From NCBI GenBank assembly GCA_039818205.1, contig JBCBUK010000006.1, positions 1 through 64,000 of the forward strand: a stretch of 64,000 nt of DNA. Direction: 5' to 3'. Below the pieces are notes generated by a model. It was not told the DNA's origin and searched no databases. It was given only the letters and a program-made list of their open reading frames with translations. The position numbers were made by a program, and so were the translations under genes. Position 1 is the stretch's first letter; each line of letters starts with the position of its first letter. Positions 48,703 to 59,127 of this stretch are shown here, one piece after another. The stretch comes from Verrucomicrobiota bacterium (GTDB lineage Bacteria > Verrucomicrobiota > Verrucomicrobiia > Opitutales > Cerasicoccaceae).

Positions 48703-49263
48703 ATGGTCGCAGATGACGCAATGAATACGGGTTTTGTAACGCCTAGAATCCGAACTCTGGCGAAGGTTTCGGCGGTCTTTACGACGATCGTGATGTGCCT
48801 GATCCCGATTCTGTATGGTGTCAGCTGGTTGATTCCGGGCTGGGAAAAAACCTTTCCGCAGGAACATTACCGGCAAAGTGGCCCGCCCTCCATCTGGTTG
48901 TTGACGGGCGTTTTCATACTTCGTGGGATACTGGCGCTTGTCCTCGTGTTGGTGCTTTATTGGCTGCGCCGAATGCTGCTGCGCGTTTCCGGGGGCCAGC
49001 TGTTTGGCCGCGAGCAAGTCGTTGCATTGCGGTGGGCGGGAATACTTCTCGTGGTACGGGAGCTTCTGCGCCCGGTGATCAATACGCTGGTTGTCTTGTT
49101 GGCCAGCTCAGGCAACCCGCCTGGTCACCGAGTACTGGAAATTACGGTTGGCTTGACCTCGGAGACGCTGCTTAGCCTGGTTGCGGGCGTTGTCATCATC
49201 CTGCTGTCCTATCTGCTCGCGGAAGCGCGCCGCATATCCGACGAGAACGCGGCGATCGTCTAG
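48703..49263 (+). CDS. DUF2975 family membrane protein
   Basis: Four TMs ending EARRISDENAAIV; paired with a small HTH gene. Confidence 0.8.
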   Translation: MVADDAMNTGFVTPRIRTLAKVSAVFTTIVMCLIPILYGVSWLIPGWEKTFPQEHYRQSGPPSIWLLTGVFILRGILALVLVLVLYWLRRMLLRVSGGQLFGREQVVALRWAGILLVVRELLRPVINTLVVLLASSGNPPGHRVLEITVGLTSETLLSLVAGVVIILLSYLLAEARRISDENAAIV

Positions 49264-49296
49264 CCGAACCCACGATCTACAAAAGAACCTTAACCT

Positions 49297-49533
49297 ATGC
49301 CCATCATCGTTCGACTGGACGTCATGTTAGCCAAAAGAGGCGTGAAAGCGAAAGACCTGGCGTCGCACATTGGAATTACCGAAGCCAATTGTTCGTTGCT
49401 GCGCACGGGAAAAGTCAAAGGAGTGCGCTTTGGCACGCTGGAAAAAATTTGTGATTATCTCGAATGTCAACCGGGAGAAATCCTAGAATACCAATCCGAT
49501 GAAAACACCACCATCCATCCAAAACCTGATTAA
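49297..49533 (+). CDS. YozG-like XRE/Cro HTH regulator
   Basis: MPIIVRLDVMLAKR...GKVKGVRFGTLEKICDYLECQPGEILEY. Confidence 0.9.
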   Translation: MPIIVRLDVMLAKRGVKAKDLASHIGITEANCSLLRTGKVKGVRFGTLEKICDYLECQPGEILEYQSDENTTIHPKPD

Positions 49534-49972
49534 TCATTCAATAACTCGTGGCTGCACTCTCGTGGCCACTGGCGCGCTGTTTGCCGCGTGCTCGTCGACA
49601 CCGACTCCGAGCGGATCCGTGCCCGTCGTTGCTCTCAACGAAGGCGCGCTTGGCGAAGAGCAATGGCTGACTGAAGACGGTGAACTCCGTGAAATCATTG
49701 TCCAAGTCGATGCGGGCGACCAGCTACCGATCGATATCGCGATCGAAGGCGACGTTGTAAACGCGCAGCTTGACGAACCACTGGTTTTGACTGCGACACA
49801 GCCATTCAATTTGTACATCGTGCCACAGGATGGCATCTATCTCAGCTGGGATGGCGAAACGTATCAACCCTTCATGGAAACGTTGACTGGCTCATTCTCG
49901 CTGAGCGCCAAAGCCGAGGCCAACAAGCCCGCCTCGGGCTCGGCCAAAGCCGTAGTCATGCGCGCCGAGTAG
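49499..49972 (+). CDS. Putative lipoprotein
   Basis: Lipobox FAAC followed by a Ser/Thr/Pro linker. Confidence 0.65.
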   Translation: MKTPPSIQNLINHSITRGCTLVATGALFAACSSTPTPSGSVPVVALNEGALGEEQWLTEDGELREIIVQVDAGDQLPIDIAIEGDVVNAQLDEPLVLTATQPFNLYIVPQDGIYLSWDGETYQPFMETLTGSFSLSAKAEANKPASGSAKAVVMRAE

Positions 49973-50028
49973 GGGCTGATGTTATTCATTGCGGTTTGTT
50001 GGCATCGGTTTAGAATTAATTTCTGACA

Positions 50029-50760
50029 ATGCTCTTATCGGTTGTCATTCCCGCCTTCAACGAAGCAAAGATCCTGGCTGATACTCTTGGAAGGATTAAA
50101 TGTGCCCTAGAGGATAACCGCGACCAGGGCTTCGAGTGGGAGATCATTGTTTGCGACAATCACTCGACCGATGAAACCTCAGCTGTTTCGCGAGAGAATG
50201 GGGCGCTTGTTGTTTGTGAACCCGTAAATCAGATTTCGCGGGCGAGGAATACCGGCGCTGGCATTGCTCGTGGTCAGTGGTTACTTTTTATTGATGCGGA
50301 TACCTATCCAACCACCGCCTTGATTCGTGAGACCATCGATACAATTCGTGCGGGGAACATAATCGGTTGTAGTGCTACGGTAAAAGTAAAAGGAGGGCCG
50401 TTCCTTTTTCGCTTTCGAGTTGAGAGTCATAATCTCGAGATGCGATTGATGAAGAATGGGGTTGGTGCCTTTTTACTTTGTGATGCAAATGCTTTCCGAG
50501 CGATCGAAGGGTTTAGCCATGATCTCTCTGCGCTCGAAGAGATTGATTTTATCAAGCGCCTGAAGGCCTATGGGCACGCAAACGGTAAGTCGTTCACCGT
50601 GCTACACCGCCATCCGGTTGTTACGTCGGGTCGTAAAGGCAACCTATATTCAAATTTCGATATTTCTAAATCGATATGTCTGGCCCTTTGGAGCTTGGTT
50701 TGTCAGCGGAAAATCCGTTCGCCTAAGTCGCTACCCTATTGGTACGATGGGAGACGCTAA
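50029..50760 (+). CDS. Family 2 glycosyltransferase
   Basis: SVVIPAFNE, IIVCDNHSTD, ARNTGA and FIDAD. Confidence 0.9.
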   Translation: MLLSVVIPAFNEAKILADTLGRIKCALEDNRDQGFEWEIIVCDNHSTDETSAVSRENGALVVCEPVNQISRARNTGAGIARGQWLLFIDADTYPTTALIRETIDTIRAGNIIGCSATVKVKGGPFLFRFRVESHNLEMRLMKNGVGAFLLCDANAFRAIEGFSHDLSALEEIDFIKRLKAYGHANGKSFTVLHRHPVVTSGRKGNLYSNFDISKSICLALWSLVCQRKIRSPKSLPYWYDGRR

Positions 50761-50785
50761 CGTCGAGCCCGAGGCCAACAGACGA

Positions 50786-52531
50786 CTACCCCTGCTGTGC
50801 GGCCAGTAACTCGCCGAAGGCGCTTCCGGGGCGGTTGGCGAGTTCCTGGTAAGCGCCGGTTTCGAGGATGCGGCCTTCGCCCATGACGACGATTAAGTCG
50901 GCCTTGCGCACGGTGCTTAGGCGGTGGGCAATCGTTATTGTGGTGCGGTTCTGGGCGACACGTTCCATTGCTTGTTGCACGACTTTCTCGCTCTCGTTGT
51001 CGAGTGCGCTGGTGGCCTCATCGAGGATGAGTAGGACGGGGTCGCGTAATACCGCGCGCGCAATAGCGATTCGTTGACGTTGGCCACCGGAGAGCGCGAC
51101 GCCGCGTTCGCCCACTTTGGTATCCATACCTTGAGGAAGGTAACTAATGAAGTCCCAAGCGTTGGCCAATTTGGTGGCTTCGACGACTTCTTCGTCGCTG
51201 GCTTCTGGCCGGGCAAAGCGCAGGTTGTCTTCGATTGTTCCTGAGATCAGGAGATTGTCCTGCATCACAATGGCGCAGCGCTTTCTGAAGGAACGCACAT
51301 CGAGGGCGCTTTGGGGAATGTCATCGATCAGGATCTCTCCACTGGATGGCTGATAGAGACCAAGGATCAAGTTAACCAAGGTACTTTTGCCAGAACCGCT
51401 CGCTCCAACAAACGCCACATGAGCGCCTGCCGGGATTTCCAAGTTGAGCCCTTGGACTGCGACATTCTCCGATTCGTCGTAACGGAAGGATACATCTTTG
51501 AGCGTGATCTTTGCCTGCAACGGTTCCGGCAGTCGATTGCCTTGCCAGTTTTCAACGTAGCCGGAATCCATGAGCTCCTTAATTGAGCGGTAGCTTTCCT
51601 GGCCTTGCATGTAAATCATGCTGAAGCTGGTTAGCAGGTTTGCCGGGCCCAAGATGACGGGCAGGGATCCCACGAGCGCAACCAAGGTTCCTAGCGTTAG
51701 CTGATCATGCACGACGAGGACGGATCCAAACGCAATCGCCATGATCTCAATGGCCGCAAACATCGAAAACATTGACCATCCAAAGGTCTGGTTGATGACC
51801 ATTTGGTTGCGGCGTTGTTCGCCGTAGTCCCAGCTGATATCTCCCATGTTCTGCTCAACGGGACGCTCCTGGCCGAAGCCCCGAACGAGACGGATCGCTG
51901 AGATGAATTCGCTCGCCTGGCCGGTCAGCCGCTCGCGGGCTTTGCGCACGCTTTCGTTGATTGCCTCTAGCCGCCCCATGAAAAAGATTCGCGCGGCAAA
52001 TACCGGCGGCATGGCCAGTAGCACAAATAGGATCAACCAGGGATTTAGAATAGCTAAGGCGAGGATCAGCAACGACGACCGTACGAGTTCCGGGATGACG
52101 GAGGCGACCATGGGAATGAGTACGGCTTCCACGTTTTGCGTATCAAAGGCATATTTGGAGAGCAGGCGTCCGGTCTGAGTCCGATCCAGAAAACCAAAAT
52201 TCATGAACTGCAGCTTGGCAAAAATGCGCCCGCGCATTGAGGTGATGATGGCCTGCGACTTCTTCGCGAGAATGCCGACGCACTTCGTCATCGTAAAGAT
52301 ATGGAAGGTCAGGAGCGTGACTGAAATACCCGCGAGCTGGAGGCAAAGCACGAGGTCGTTGGCTTCGAGTCCCTTATCTATGATCTGCTGGGTGATGACC
52401 GGAAAGGGCGTGACGGCCAAAACGCTCAGCAAACGCCAAAAGAGGTAGCCACGAAACACGCCGCGGCTTCGCCACATTAAAGCGCGCATGCTTTTCGCCG
52501 CGAACGGATCGTTGAGATCTAGCTGACTCAT
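50786..52531 (-). CDS. ABC exporter, fused permease/ATPase
   Basis: TM domain + GASGSGKST, LSGGQRQ, ILDEATSALD and IAHRLST. Confidence 0.93.
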   Translation of the reverse strand: MSQLDLNDPFAAKSMRALMWRSRGVFRGYLFWRLLSVLAVTPFPVITQQIIDKGLEANDLVLCLQLAGISVTLLTFHIFTMTKCVGILAKKSQAIITSMRGRIFAKLQFMNFGFLDRTQTGRLLSKYAFDTQNVEAVLIPMVASVIPELVRSSLLILALAILNPWLILFVLLAMPPVFAARIFFMGRLEAINESVRKARERLTGQASEFISAIRLVRGFGQERPVEQNMGDISWDYGEQRRNQMVINQTFGWSMFSMFAAIEIMAIAFGSVLVVHDQLTLGTLVALVGSLPVILGPANLLTSFSMIYMQGQESYRSIKELMDSGYVENWQGNRLPEPLQAKITLKDVSFRYDESENVAVQGLNLEIPAGAHVAFVGASGSGKSTLVNLILGLYQPSSGEILIDDIPQSALDVRSFRKRCAIVMQDNLLISGTIEDNLRFARPEASDEEVVEATKLANAWDFISYLPQGMDTKVGERGVALSGGQRQRIAIARAVLRDPVLLILDEATSALDNESEKVVQQAMERVAQNRTTITIAHRLSTVRKADLIVVMGEGRILETGAYQELANRPGSAFGELLAAQQG

Positions 52532-52653
52532 CTTCGTGCCAACCTTGCTTGTCCGCGTTTGGGACAAACAAGGTGATCGTGCAAGAATCCTTGGGTGCGC
52601 GCCAGAATGCAAGCCCGTTTACCACTTGTCGCGGGATGCTTACAATTGGGCTG

Positions 52654-54102
52654 CTAGTGGCGCCGGTGGTCCCAGGGGAAGGTCCAGTCGTAGTCGCGCT
52701 CGTGGCGCCACATGACGAACGGTTCGAACATTTTGCCTGGATTCAGAATGCCATTGGGGTCGAGGGCATCTTTGACCCGCTTCATCGCGGCAATCTCGGC
52801 TTCGCTGTGTTGGAGCGGCATGAAGGGGCTTTTCGCCAAGCCGACACCATGTTCACCGGTGATGGCACCGCCAAGTTCGACGACTTTCTGCATCAGGAGA
52901 TTCAGTCCCTCTTCCGCTCGAGCGGATTGGTCCGCGTTGCCATGGTCATACATGATGTGGACGTGAAAATTGCCGTCTGCGACGTGGCCAAAGGTCGGGG
53001 TCGCCAAGCCGGTTGTTTTCTTAAGCTCCAGCGTGTATTTGATCAGCGGAATATAGCTGCTGATAGGGACGACGATGTCCTCATTCAGCTTGGTGTCGCC
53101 CATTTGAAACATCGCTTGAGAACAGGTGCGGCGGGCCTCCCAGAGGGTCTCGGCTTTCTCTGGGTCGCTGGTGTGGCGGGTTGCGATGGCCTTTTCGTTG
53201 AAGAGAGTTTGCACCAGCTTGCGCTCCTCGCGGACGGCGGCTGGGTGCCCATCGAGCTCAAGGAGGAGCAACGATCCCTCGCCTTGCTTGGGGAAGAAAG
53301 GCTTACCGCGTCGCCGTTGCGCGCACTCAACAGTCTGGCGGTCTAGAAATTCAAGAATGCTGGGCACCACGCGCTGGCCGAGTAGCGTTTTGACGGTTTG
53401 GAGTGCCTGGGTCTCGTTCTTAAAGACTGCGAGGCAGGTCCATCGATCCTGAGGTTTCGGGACAAGTTTCAGGGTCGCCCGGGTGATGACTCCGAGCATG
53501 CCCTCCGAGCCAATCCAGAGGTCTCGCAGATTGAGCCCCGAGGCGAACTTCTTGAGCGGAGCGCCCCAGCGAACGGGTTCTCCGGTGGGGAGAAATCCTT
53601 CCAGAGCGAAAACGTAGTCGCGGGTCACCCCGTATTTTGCTCCGCGAAGTCCCCCTGCGTTGGTCGCGATGTTTCCACCGATGGTGCAGTATTTTTGGGA
53701 CGATGGGTCGGGCGGATAAAACCAACCCTTCTTTTCTGCTGCCTGGTTGATTTTCTGAGTGATGGCTCCGCACTCGACGTGAGCCATGCCCGCGGTAGCG
53801 TCGATCTTGATTTTGTTCCAATGAGCCAGGTCCAAGGCCCAACCACCATTGACAGGTGATGCAGCTCCGGTGGTGGCCGATCCCGAACCCCGCGGGGTGA
53901 TTGGAATGCGAAGCTTGTTCGCCAACTCCAGCAGAGACTTCAGGGCGTCGCCCGAGGATGGGCGAACCACGGCTTCTGGTTGGAACGATAGTCGGGCGCT
54001 GTCGAGCGATGCGCGCGCCAGGTCATCCGGGCTACAGCTGACGTCATCGCCAAGGAGCAGTTTCAGTTGGTCAAGTGGGCTACTTTTGGTCACGGGTAGC
54101 AA
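52654..54102 (-). CDS. FAD-linked oxidase (GlcD/D-2-hydroxyacid dehydrogenase family)
   Basis: PRGSGS, PPDPSS, GGNIATNAGG, GSEGMLG and GEHGVG. Confidence 0.9.
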   Translation of the reverse strand: MLPVTKSSPLDQLKLLLGDDVSCSPDDLARASLDSARLSFQPEAVVRPSSGDALKSLLELANKLRIPITPRGSGSATTGAASPVNGGWALDLAHWNKIKIDATAGMAHVECGAITQKINQAAEKKGWFYPPDPSSQKYCTIGGNIATNAGGLRGAKYGVTRDYVFALEGFLPTGEPVRWGAPLKKFASGLNLRDLWIGSEGMLGVITRATLKLVPKPQDRWTCLAVFKNETQALQTVKTLLGQRVVPSILEFLDRQTVECAQRRRGKPFFPKQGEGSLLLLELDGHPAAVREERKLVQTLFNEKAIATRHTSDPEKAETLWEARRTCSQAMFQMGDTKLNEDIVVPISSYIPLIKYTLELKKTTGLATPTFGHVADGNFHVHIMYDHGNADQSARAEEGLNLLMQKVVELGGAITGEHGVGLAKSPFMPLQHSEAEIAAMKRVKDALDPNGILNPGKMFEPFVMWRHERDYDWTFPWDHRRH

Positions 54103-54271
54103 AATTGGCAGTTCTGGCTTCGAAATGCAAATCGGGACTCGGATCTGCTCGATTCAGGTCGGGATCTCGGCATGTTAAAAGGGTGTCTATCAGGGTATTC
54201 GAAGAGACTGAATTACAGCTGGATATGACTATAGGATTGACCGTGATCAAAACTATTTGATGATTGGGCAC

Positions 54272-54868
54272 ATGGCGGAGAAAAGGTCTAGGCGGCGGGC
54301 GGATGTTTATGCTGCAAAACAAGCGAAGACTGCCCGTAAACACGCGGCAAAGAGCTTTGGTAATGGCATCGCGACATTTTTATCGGTGATTTTCCTCATC
54401 GGGTTCATCAGTGGTGGCATCTATCTATACCTCCGTTTCTACACGGAGGGAACGGAACAGATTGAAGCTCAGATAAAGCATCAGTTTTCGGAAGCTGCCG
54501 ACGACAGTTACACCTTGATCGAAAAGCGCATGATTGCGGGCGAGGTGCAAGAAGCCCAATTGCTCTCGGGGCAGAAGAGCAAAAATTTCGCAACCTGGTC
54601 TGAACCTCGTTTCTACTTCGTCTGTCTCGGGGACAAGACGAGGCAGAACATTGTGTTTGAGGTGCCCGAATCGATCTTTAACTCAACCCCGCGTCAATCG
54701 GTCTTCACCGCCGAATATGCGTCGCGCTGGACTATGATCGTGGACGACAAGCCCGAGCAGAAGAAGCCGAACCCGATCATCGAGAAGCTCGAAGAGTTGA
54801 CCGGTATCAAAATTGACGTGCCAATCTCGACGGGACCCATTCCGGTCGGTGGCGATGGGCCCCAATAG
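54272..54868 (+). CDS. Hypothetical single-TM protein
   Basis: Basic N-terminus and one hydrophobic helix. Confidence 0.65.
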   Translation: MAEKRSRRRADVYAAKQAKTARKHAAKSFGNGIATFLSVIFLIGFISGGIYLYLRFYTEGTEQIEAQIKHQFSEAADDSYTLIEKRMIAGEVQEAQLLSGQKSKNFATWSEPRFYFVCLGDKTRQNIVFEVPESIFNSTPRQSVFTAEYASRWTMIVDDKPEQKKPNPIIEKLEELTGIKIDVPISTGPIPVGGDGPQ

Positions 54869-54883
54869 GACCCAGTTAACGAA

Positions 54884-56419
54884 TTACAGGTAGCGGTCGA
54901 CGGTCTTTGCCAGCGAACCGAACTGATCCTTCAATGCTGGATACAGTGCGGTGTAGTGTTGGTAGAAGTCGTTGTAGCGTTGCTGATCGGCACCGCACTC
55001 TGTGCGCGTGACTTCCTTCAGCGTTGCAGTGCAGGCGGTGTCGACGGAATCGTAGACGCCGCTGCCGACGCCAGCCAAGATTGCCGCTCCCAGTGCTGCG
55101 CCTTCGGTGGCATTGTTGGTGGTGATTGATGCACCAAAGCTATCGGCCATCATCTGGCGCCAGAATGGGCTCTTGGCTCCACCGCCGCTGGCGATGACTT
55201 CGGTTGGGTTAATGCCCAGGTCGCGCATGAGCTCAAGCGAGTCGCGCATTCCGTAGGTGATGCCTTCCAAAACAGAGCGTGTAAGGTGGGCTTTGCTGTG
55301 GCGCAGGCTCATACCGAAAAATACTCCGCGGGCATCGGGGTCCGGATGTGGCGTCCGCTCGCCGGATAAGTATGGCAAGAATAGCAGGCCTTCGCTGCCC
55401 GCGGGTGCGGTTGCAGCCAGGTCGGTCAGCACGGAGTAGGGATCCTTGCCCTGAGCCTTTGCCTCCGCTGCTTCGGGATCACCCAATGCGTTGCGAAACC
55501 ATTGAAACGATCCGGCAGCCGAGAGCATTACGCCCATCATGTGCCACTTGCCGGGGACGGCGTGGCAAAATGCGTGTAGGCGGCCATTGGGCTCAACGCG
55601 GTATTCGTCCGAGTGTGCGAAAACCACTCCGCTCGTTCCAAAAGTCGCGGATACAATGCCCTCCCGCACGATGCCGCAGCCGACGGCTTGGGCAGCCTGG
55701 TCGCCGCCACCGGCGATGATCGGCGTTCCTTCCTTAAGGCCAGTTAGTTTCGCCGCTTCAGCATTAACCTTGGTAGAGGCCACCGGAGACTCGGTCACTT
55801 CTGCCATCCACTCACGAGGAACGTCGCAGGCGGCAAGCATCTCGTCTGACCAATTGCGCTTGGCGACATCGAGCAAGCCCATACCGGAAGCATCGCTGAC
55901 GTCAGTGAAGAACTCACCGGACATGCGGAAGCGAATGTAGTCTTTCGGTAGAAGAATCTTGGTGGCCTTGGCGTAGACCTCAGGCTCGTTTTCCTTGACC
56001 CAGAGAATCTTTGGAGAAGTAAAGCCGGGTAAGACGGGATTGCCGGTAAGCGAAAGCACCTTCTCCGCACCCACGCGCTCGGTCAGCGTGGCGCATTGGG
56101 CTGCGGTGCGCTGGTCGTTCCACATGATGCAGGGGCGTAGCACCTGGCCATCATTTCCGAGCATGACGAGGCCGTGCATCTGCCCGGTCAGCCCGACACC
56201 GGCGATGTCATCCGCGGTCAGGTCGGTTTGTTCAAAGATCGCCTTGATTGCCGTGATGATCGCTTGCCACCAATCCTCAGGATTGCACTCAGTCCACCCT
56301 GGGCGCGGTGTTGCAAAGTCATACTCGGGTGCGATCGTAAATACGATATCGCCGCTCTCGTTGATAACAATCGTCTTTGCGGACGACGTTCCGACATCAA
56401 TTCCAATCAAATAGGCCAT
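54884..56419 (-). CDS. xylB: Xylulokinase
   Basis: IGIDVGTS, TGQMHGLV, WNDQRT, GGGDQAA and PYLSGERTP. Confidence 0.92.
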   Translation of the reverse strand: MAYLIGIDVGTSSAKTIVINESGDIVFTIAPEYDFATPRPGWTECNPEDWWQAIITAIKAIFEQTDLTADDIAGVGLTGQMHGLVMLGNDGQVLRPCIMWNDQRTAAQCATLTERVGAEKVLSLTGNPVLPGFTSPKILWVKENEPEVYAKATKILLPKDYIRFRMSGEFFTDVSDASGMGLLDVAKRNWSDEMLAACDVPREWMAEVTESPVASTKVNAEAAKLTGLKEGTPIIAGGGDQAAQAVGCGIVREGIVSATFGTSGVVFAHSDEYRVEPNGRLHAFCHAVPGKWHMMGVMLSAAGSFQWFRNALGDPEAAEAKAQGKDPYSVLTDLAATAPAGSEGLLFLPYLSGERTPHPDPDARGVFFGMSLRHSKAHLTRSVLEGITYGMRDSLELMRDLGINPTEVIASGGGAKSPFWRQMMADSFGASITTNNATEGAALGAAILAGVGSGVYDSVDTACTATLKEVTRTECGADQQRYNDFYQHYTALYPALKDQFGSLAKTVDRYL

Positions 56420-56521
56420 GGGACGCAGGGTGGGTAGGTTAATTTTCGAGGTTTATGGGAGGATGTTGCGAAGAAATTTTGAATCTGGCAATGAAACTTT
56501 TGTGAAGGAATTTGTATATTT

Positions 56522-59110
56522 TTAACGCCATTCATGTTTCGGGTAGCGCCCCTTCAACTCTTTCTTCACGCCTTCGTAGCTGGTGTTCCAGAAATTTGCG
56601 AGATCCTCCGTGATTTGACAAGGCCGCCCGTTGGGCGCGAGCATCTCGACCACGAGCGAAACCTTGCCACCACCGATGGTAAGCGTTTTCGGATCAACAT
56701 CGTAGAAATCCTGCAGCTTGCTCGAGATGATCGCGCGTGGTCCACCAGCGGCGAATGGCTCGTAGCGGATTCGTGCCGGTTTCGTGCGTGTCGGCAGCAG
56801 AAACTCTTTGGGGGCAAAGTGTTCAAGTGCGGCATGTTGCTCATCGGTTAACCAGTCCTGGAGGAACGGCCAGGGGTCTTGGTCTCGAATCTCTTTATAG
56901 CCGAATGCACCGTAGCAAAATTGCTCAAGAATCATCCGTCGGGCGTCAGCGTCGAGTAGTTCAATTTCTAAGTCCTCAAAACTTTGTGATGCAAAGTTTA
57001 CCCGATTGATCCACTCTTCAATCATGCCGGTCCACCGTTTTAGCTCGAGTTTCCCGTCGACGATTTCGCGAGCCAACAGCGCGGCTGCTTCGTCACTGGT
57101 GGGTTCGCCGCGGTCGGTTGATGCCAGCACGAGATCTCGGAATCTCCGCTCCTCGCGGCGGACGACACGGCGAAGATCTTTATCATACACAATTTCACTT
57201 TGCGTTACAAAGTCACCGGGGAAATACTCTTTGAGCCATGATTCTTCAATCTCGGTCGCGAGTGAGAGCATGATGGCAACGTCGCCTCGGGTTTCAATTT
57301 CGTCGATTTCAGCGGCGACGAATAGATTGGCATCCCGTGCGGCGCTTTCGCGGCGAAGCTCACCACGGCGGCCATGCACAATGGAACAACGGAGCGTGCC
57401 CCGACTATCGCGCTTAGCGAGATGGTCCGAAAAAGCGAGTAGCAGGCAGCGTCGAATGGCTTCCTCGTCGATGGGCCCAGGCTCAGTATCCAGTCCCTGC
57501 CCCTCAGCGATCTTCCGAAACTGCTCGGCGGCGCGTTCGGCATCGCGACTGGCGTTGGCGTGAATTCCCCAGCGACGGCAGAAGCCTGAATTATAGTTTT
57601 GCTTGCGGGCCATGCCCCAGGCCGAAAGCCAATGAAAGAAGTCCGAAGGCACGTCACCGAGAATGTCCTCCCGTTCCTCGCGCTGTCGTTTGTCTTTGAG
57701 ATGCAGGAGCAGCGGACGTCCTTGCGCAAAAGCCGCGAGCAGGGCAGCATGCCAAACGCAACCAAGGTCATCGGCGGCGAGCAGCAACCGAGCCCAGCGT
57801 GGGTGCAAGGGAAAGTCAGCAAGCTTCACCCCAATGGGAGTCAGCTCATAGGTTCCTTTGATTGCTGCTCCGTCGCTATTTACTTTGTGTTGCAAAGCAC
57901 CGAGATCCATCAGCAGTTCGATTGCTCGCTGGAGCGCGGTGTCGTTGGGGGCTTCGAACCAGGGAAACTTCTTGAAATTGGTGACGCCGGCCTTGGCGAG
58001 CGAAAGGAGTGTTTCGCTAAGTTCGATCCGCCGGATTTCGGATTCCTCGCGTTCGGGACGATGCTCCTGTTCCGATTGGCTCCACAATCGCAATACGTGG
58101 CCCGGCGCGGTTCGTCCCGCACGCCCGGCTCTCTGATCGGCTGACGCCCGGCTAATCTTCTCGATGAGCAAGGTATTGACGCCTCGATGTGGATCGTAGC
58201 AAGCGATGCGGGCCAGGCCGCTATCGATCACCAGGCGAATTCCGTCAATCGTGATTGAGGTTTCGGCGACATTGGTAGCGACCACCACTTTGCGGCGATC
58301 ATATTGCGCCACAGCGGCGTCTTGCTGGTCGGGTGGAAGCTCGCCGTAGAGTGGAAACACGAGGGAATCGCGTCCGTTTTTGGTGGCTTGAATGGCTTCA
58401 ACCGTGCGGCGAATCTCATAGGCACCCGGCATAAAGATCAGGCAGTCGCCATCATGGTCTCGCGCAAGCTTGTCGAAGTGGTGAGCGGCCTGGTCCCACA
58501 CGGGAGCCCCGGCGACTTTTTGCGCGCCCGCCGAGTATTGAATCGTCAGCGGATAGGTCCGTGATTCGACGCCCAGAAGCGTGGCGGGCGCAAGGTAGTC
58601 GACGAGGGAATCCGTGTCCAGGGTAGCCGACATCACGACGATTTTCAGGTCGGGGCGCGTGGTTTTCTGGAGCTCGCGAACCATGGCGATTCCGAGATCG
58701 CTGTATAGGTGACGCTCGTGGAATTCGTCAAAAATAACGGCGCCGACATCAGGCAGGCTAGGGGAAGTCATCATCTGCCGCAGCAGAATGCCTTCGGTCA
58801 CCAGCTTGATTCGGGTCTTGCTGCCAAATTTTCGGTCGAAGCGGATATGGTAACCAACCTCCGAACCCAAGGGAACTTGCCGCTCCTGGGCAATCCGCTT
58901 GGCCAGCAGGCGTGCCGCCAATCGCCGCGGTTGGAGGACAATGATGTGTTGGTCTGACGGAATGGCGCCTGAGTCCAAAATAATCTGTGGCACCTGAGTC
59001 GATTTACCCGATCCGGTAGGGGCTTGTAGCACTGTACGGGAAAAGTCGCCCTGTACGGCCTTTTTCAACTCGACGTCGATGTCATGTATAGGTAGTTTAC
59101 CCGGTGTCAT
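56522..59110 (-). CDS. hrpB: ATP-dependent helicase HrpB
   Basis: APTGSGKST, DEFHER, SAT, TNVAETS, QRAGRAGR and C-terminal GRYPKHEW. Confidence 0.94.
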   Translation of the reverse strand: MTPGKLPIHDIDVELKKAVQGDFSRTVLQAPTGSGKSTQVPQIILDSGAIPSDQHIIVLQPRRLAARLLAKRIAQERQVPLGSEVGYHIRFDRKFGSKTRIKLVTEGILLRQMMTSPSLPDVGAVIFDEFHERHLYSDLGIAMVRELQKTTRPDLKIVVMSATLDTDSLVDYLAPATLLGVESRTYPLTIQYSAGAQKVAGAPVWDQAAHHFDKLARDHDGDCLIFMPGAYEIRRTVEAIQATKNGRDSLVFPLYGELPPDQQDAAVAQYDRRKVVVATNVAETSITIDGIRLVIDSGLARIACYDPHRGVNTLLIEKISRASADQRAGRAGRTAPGHVLRLWSQSEQEHRPEREESEIRRIELSETLLSLAKAGVTNFKKFPWFEAPNDTALQRAIELLMDLGALQHKVNSDGAAIKGTYELTPIGVKLADFPLHPRWARLLLAADDLGCVWHAALLAAFAQGRPLLLHLKDKRQREEREDILGDVPSDFFHWLSAWGMARKQNYNSGFCRRWGIHANASRDAERAAEQFRKIAEGQGLDTEPGPIDEEAIRRCLLLAFSDHLAKRDSRGTLRCSIVHGRRGELRRESAARDANLFVAAEIDEIETRGDVAIMLSLATEIEESWLKEYFPGDFVTQSEIVYDKDLRRVVRREERRFRDLVLASTDRGEPTSDEAAALLAREIVDGKLELKRWTGMIEEWINRVNFASQSFEDLEIELLDADARRMILEQFCYGAFGYKEIRDQDPWPFLQDWLTDEQHAALEHFAPKEFLLPTRTKPARIRYEPFAAGGPRAIISSKLQDFYDVDPKTLTIGGGKVSLVVEMLAPNGRPCQITEDLANFWNTSYEGVKKELKGRYPKHEWR

Positions 59111-59127
59111 AATAAGCTCTACCGATG

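Noticed and set aside
49973..50786. Integron-cassette-like look of the GT2 gene (GTTTAGA upstream, CTAAC at stop, more AT-rich codons)
   Set aside because: No attC palindrome or integrase, and the short matches are likely chance.
52549..53346. 265-aa plus-strand ORF, and similar long antisense ORFs at 27925-28647 and 29937-30704
   Set aside because: Shadow ORFs opposite well-conserved genes, expected from codon bias.
54884..56419. xylB without adjacent xylA
   Set aside because: Scattered pathway genes are common, so this is not informative from one window.
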